DNA of 64,000 nucleotides from Alphaproteobacteria bacterium HGW-Alphaproteobacteria-3 (lineage in GTDB: Bacteria > Pseudomonadota > Alphaproteobacteria > Parvibaculales > Parvibaculaceae). The stretch lies in NCBI GenBank assembly GCA_002842875.1, contig PHEF01000007.1, positions 3,671-67,670 on the forward strand, written 5' to 3'. Of this stretch, positions 63,980 to 64,000 are shown piece by piece; the first letter of the stretch is position 1; each line of letters opens with the position of its first letter. The position numbers and the translations under genes are program-made. Below the pieces are notes generated by a model. It did no database searches and was not told the DNA's origin. It worked only from the letters and a program-made list of their open reading frames with translations.

Positions 63980-64000
63980 GAAAATTCCTCCCGATGGTGT

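Noticed and set aside
1-64000. Checked for CRISPR arrays, tandem repeats, tRNA/rRNA genes, IS elements, integrases, reverse transcriptases and obvious defence-system genes.
   Set aside because: No regularly spaced direct repeats, no cloverleaf-like sequences in intergenic regions, and no transposase, integrase, RT, nuclease or NTPase defence signatures in any plausible ORF. Essentially all coding space is accounted for by the genes listed.

Overview
This is a high-GC bacterial chromosomal segment. Hand counts of typical 60-nt lines give more than 60% GC. The gene content looks alphaproteobacterial (ExoP/ExoQ/ExoF-like polysaccharide genes, RpoE-ChrR, Cox11); that taxon call is an inference. 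I saw no rRNA, tRNA, CRISPR array, transposase or integrase. The window has three blocks. (i) 0.1-24.6 kb is a Wzx/Wzy-type surface-polysaccharide locus. It encodes a UDP-GlcA 4-epimerase, ugd, a UDP-xylose synthase, four GT4 and one GT2 glycosyltransferases, a PAPS-type sulfotransferase, a hexapeptide acyltransferase, an FkbM methyltransferase with an internal G9 tract, a Wzy-like polymerase and a Wzx flippase. It also encodes an ExoQ/O-antigen-ligase-like protein, a BY-kinase co-polymerase, a beta-barrel porin, a small acidic secreted protein, a short OPX (Wza/ExoF-like), a PPP-family phosphatase and KpsF. Two lower-GC cassettes make the locus mosaic. (ii) 26-36 kb is a seven-gene minus-strand operon: ABC importer, two DUF1989 proteins, urea-carboxylase homologue and allophanate hydrolase. 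Its leader carries a textbook guanidine-I (ykkC) riboswitch, so it is most likely a guanidine uptake and degradation operon rather than a urea operon. (iii) 36-64 kb holds housekeeping and stress genes. These are an aldose epimerase, rhomboid, orphan Cox11, two TonB-dependent receptors, cardiolipin synthase and an ElaB/holin-like/lipoprotein trio. NfeD follows with a disrupted SPFH gene, then GST, ADH, SemiSWEET, two acyl-CoA dehydrogenases and a GGDEF-EAL protein. Next is a DUF1365/FAD-oxidoreductase operon divergent from rpoE-chrR, with matching ECF-type promoters on both sides. The block ends with PPK2, a DUF4010 protein, RlmJ and an MFS transporter. The most interesting observations are the riboswitch-controlled guanidine operon and the sulfotransferase and phase-variable-looking methyltransferase in the EPS locus. 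Close behind are the short OPX/porin/unknown secreted protein/PPP-phosphatase export module, a Cys-less ChrR, a Zur-box-like palindrome and an internally deleted SPFH gene. Everything rests on reading the sequence and remembered family motifs; no database search was run. Many ORF-track entries are antisense shadow ORFs typical of high-GC DNA and are not reported as genes.
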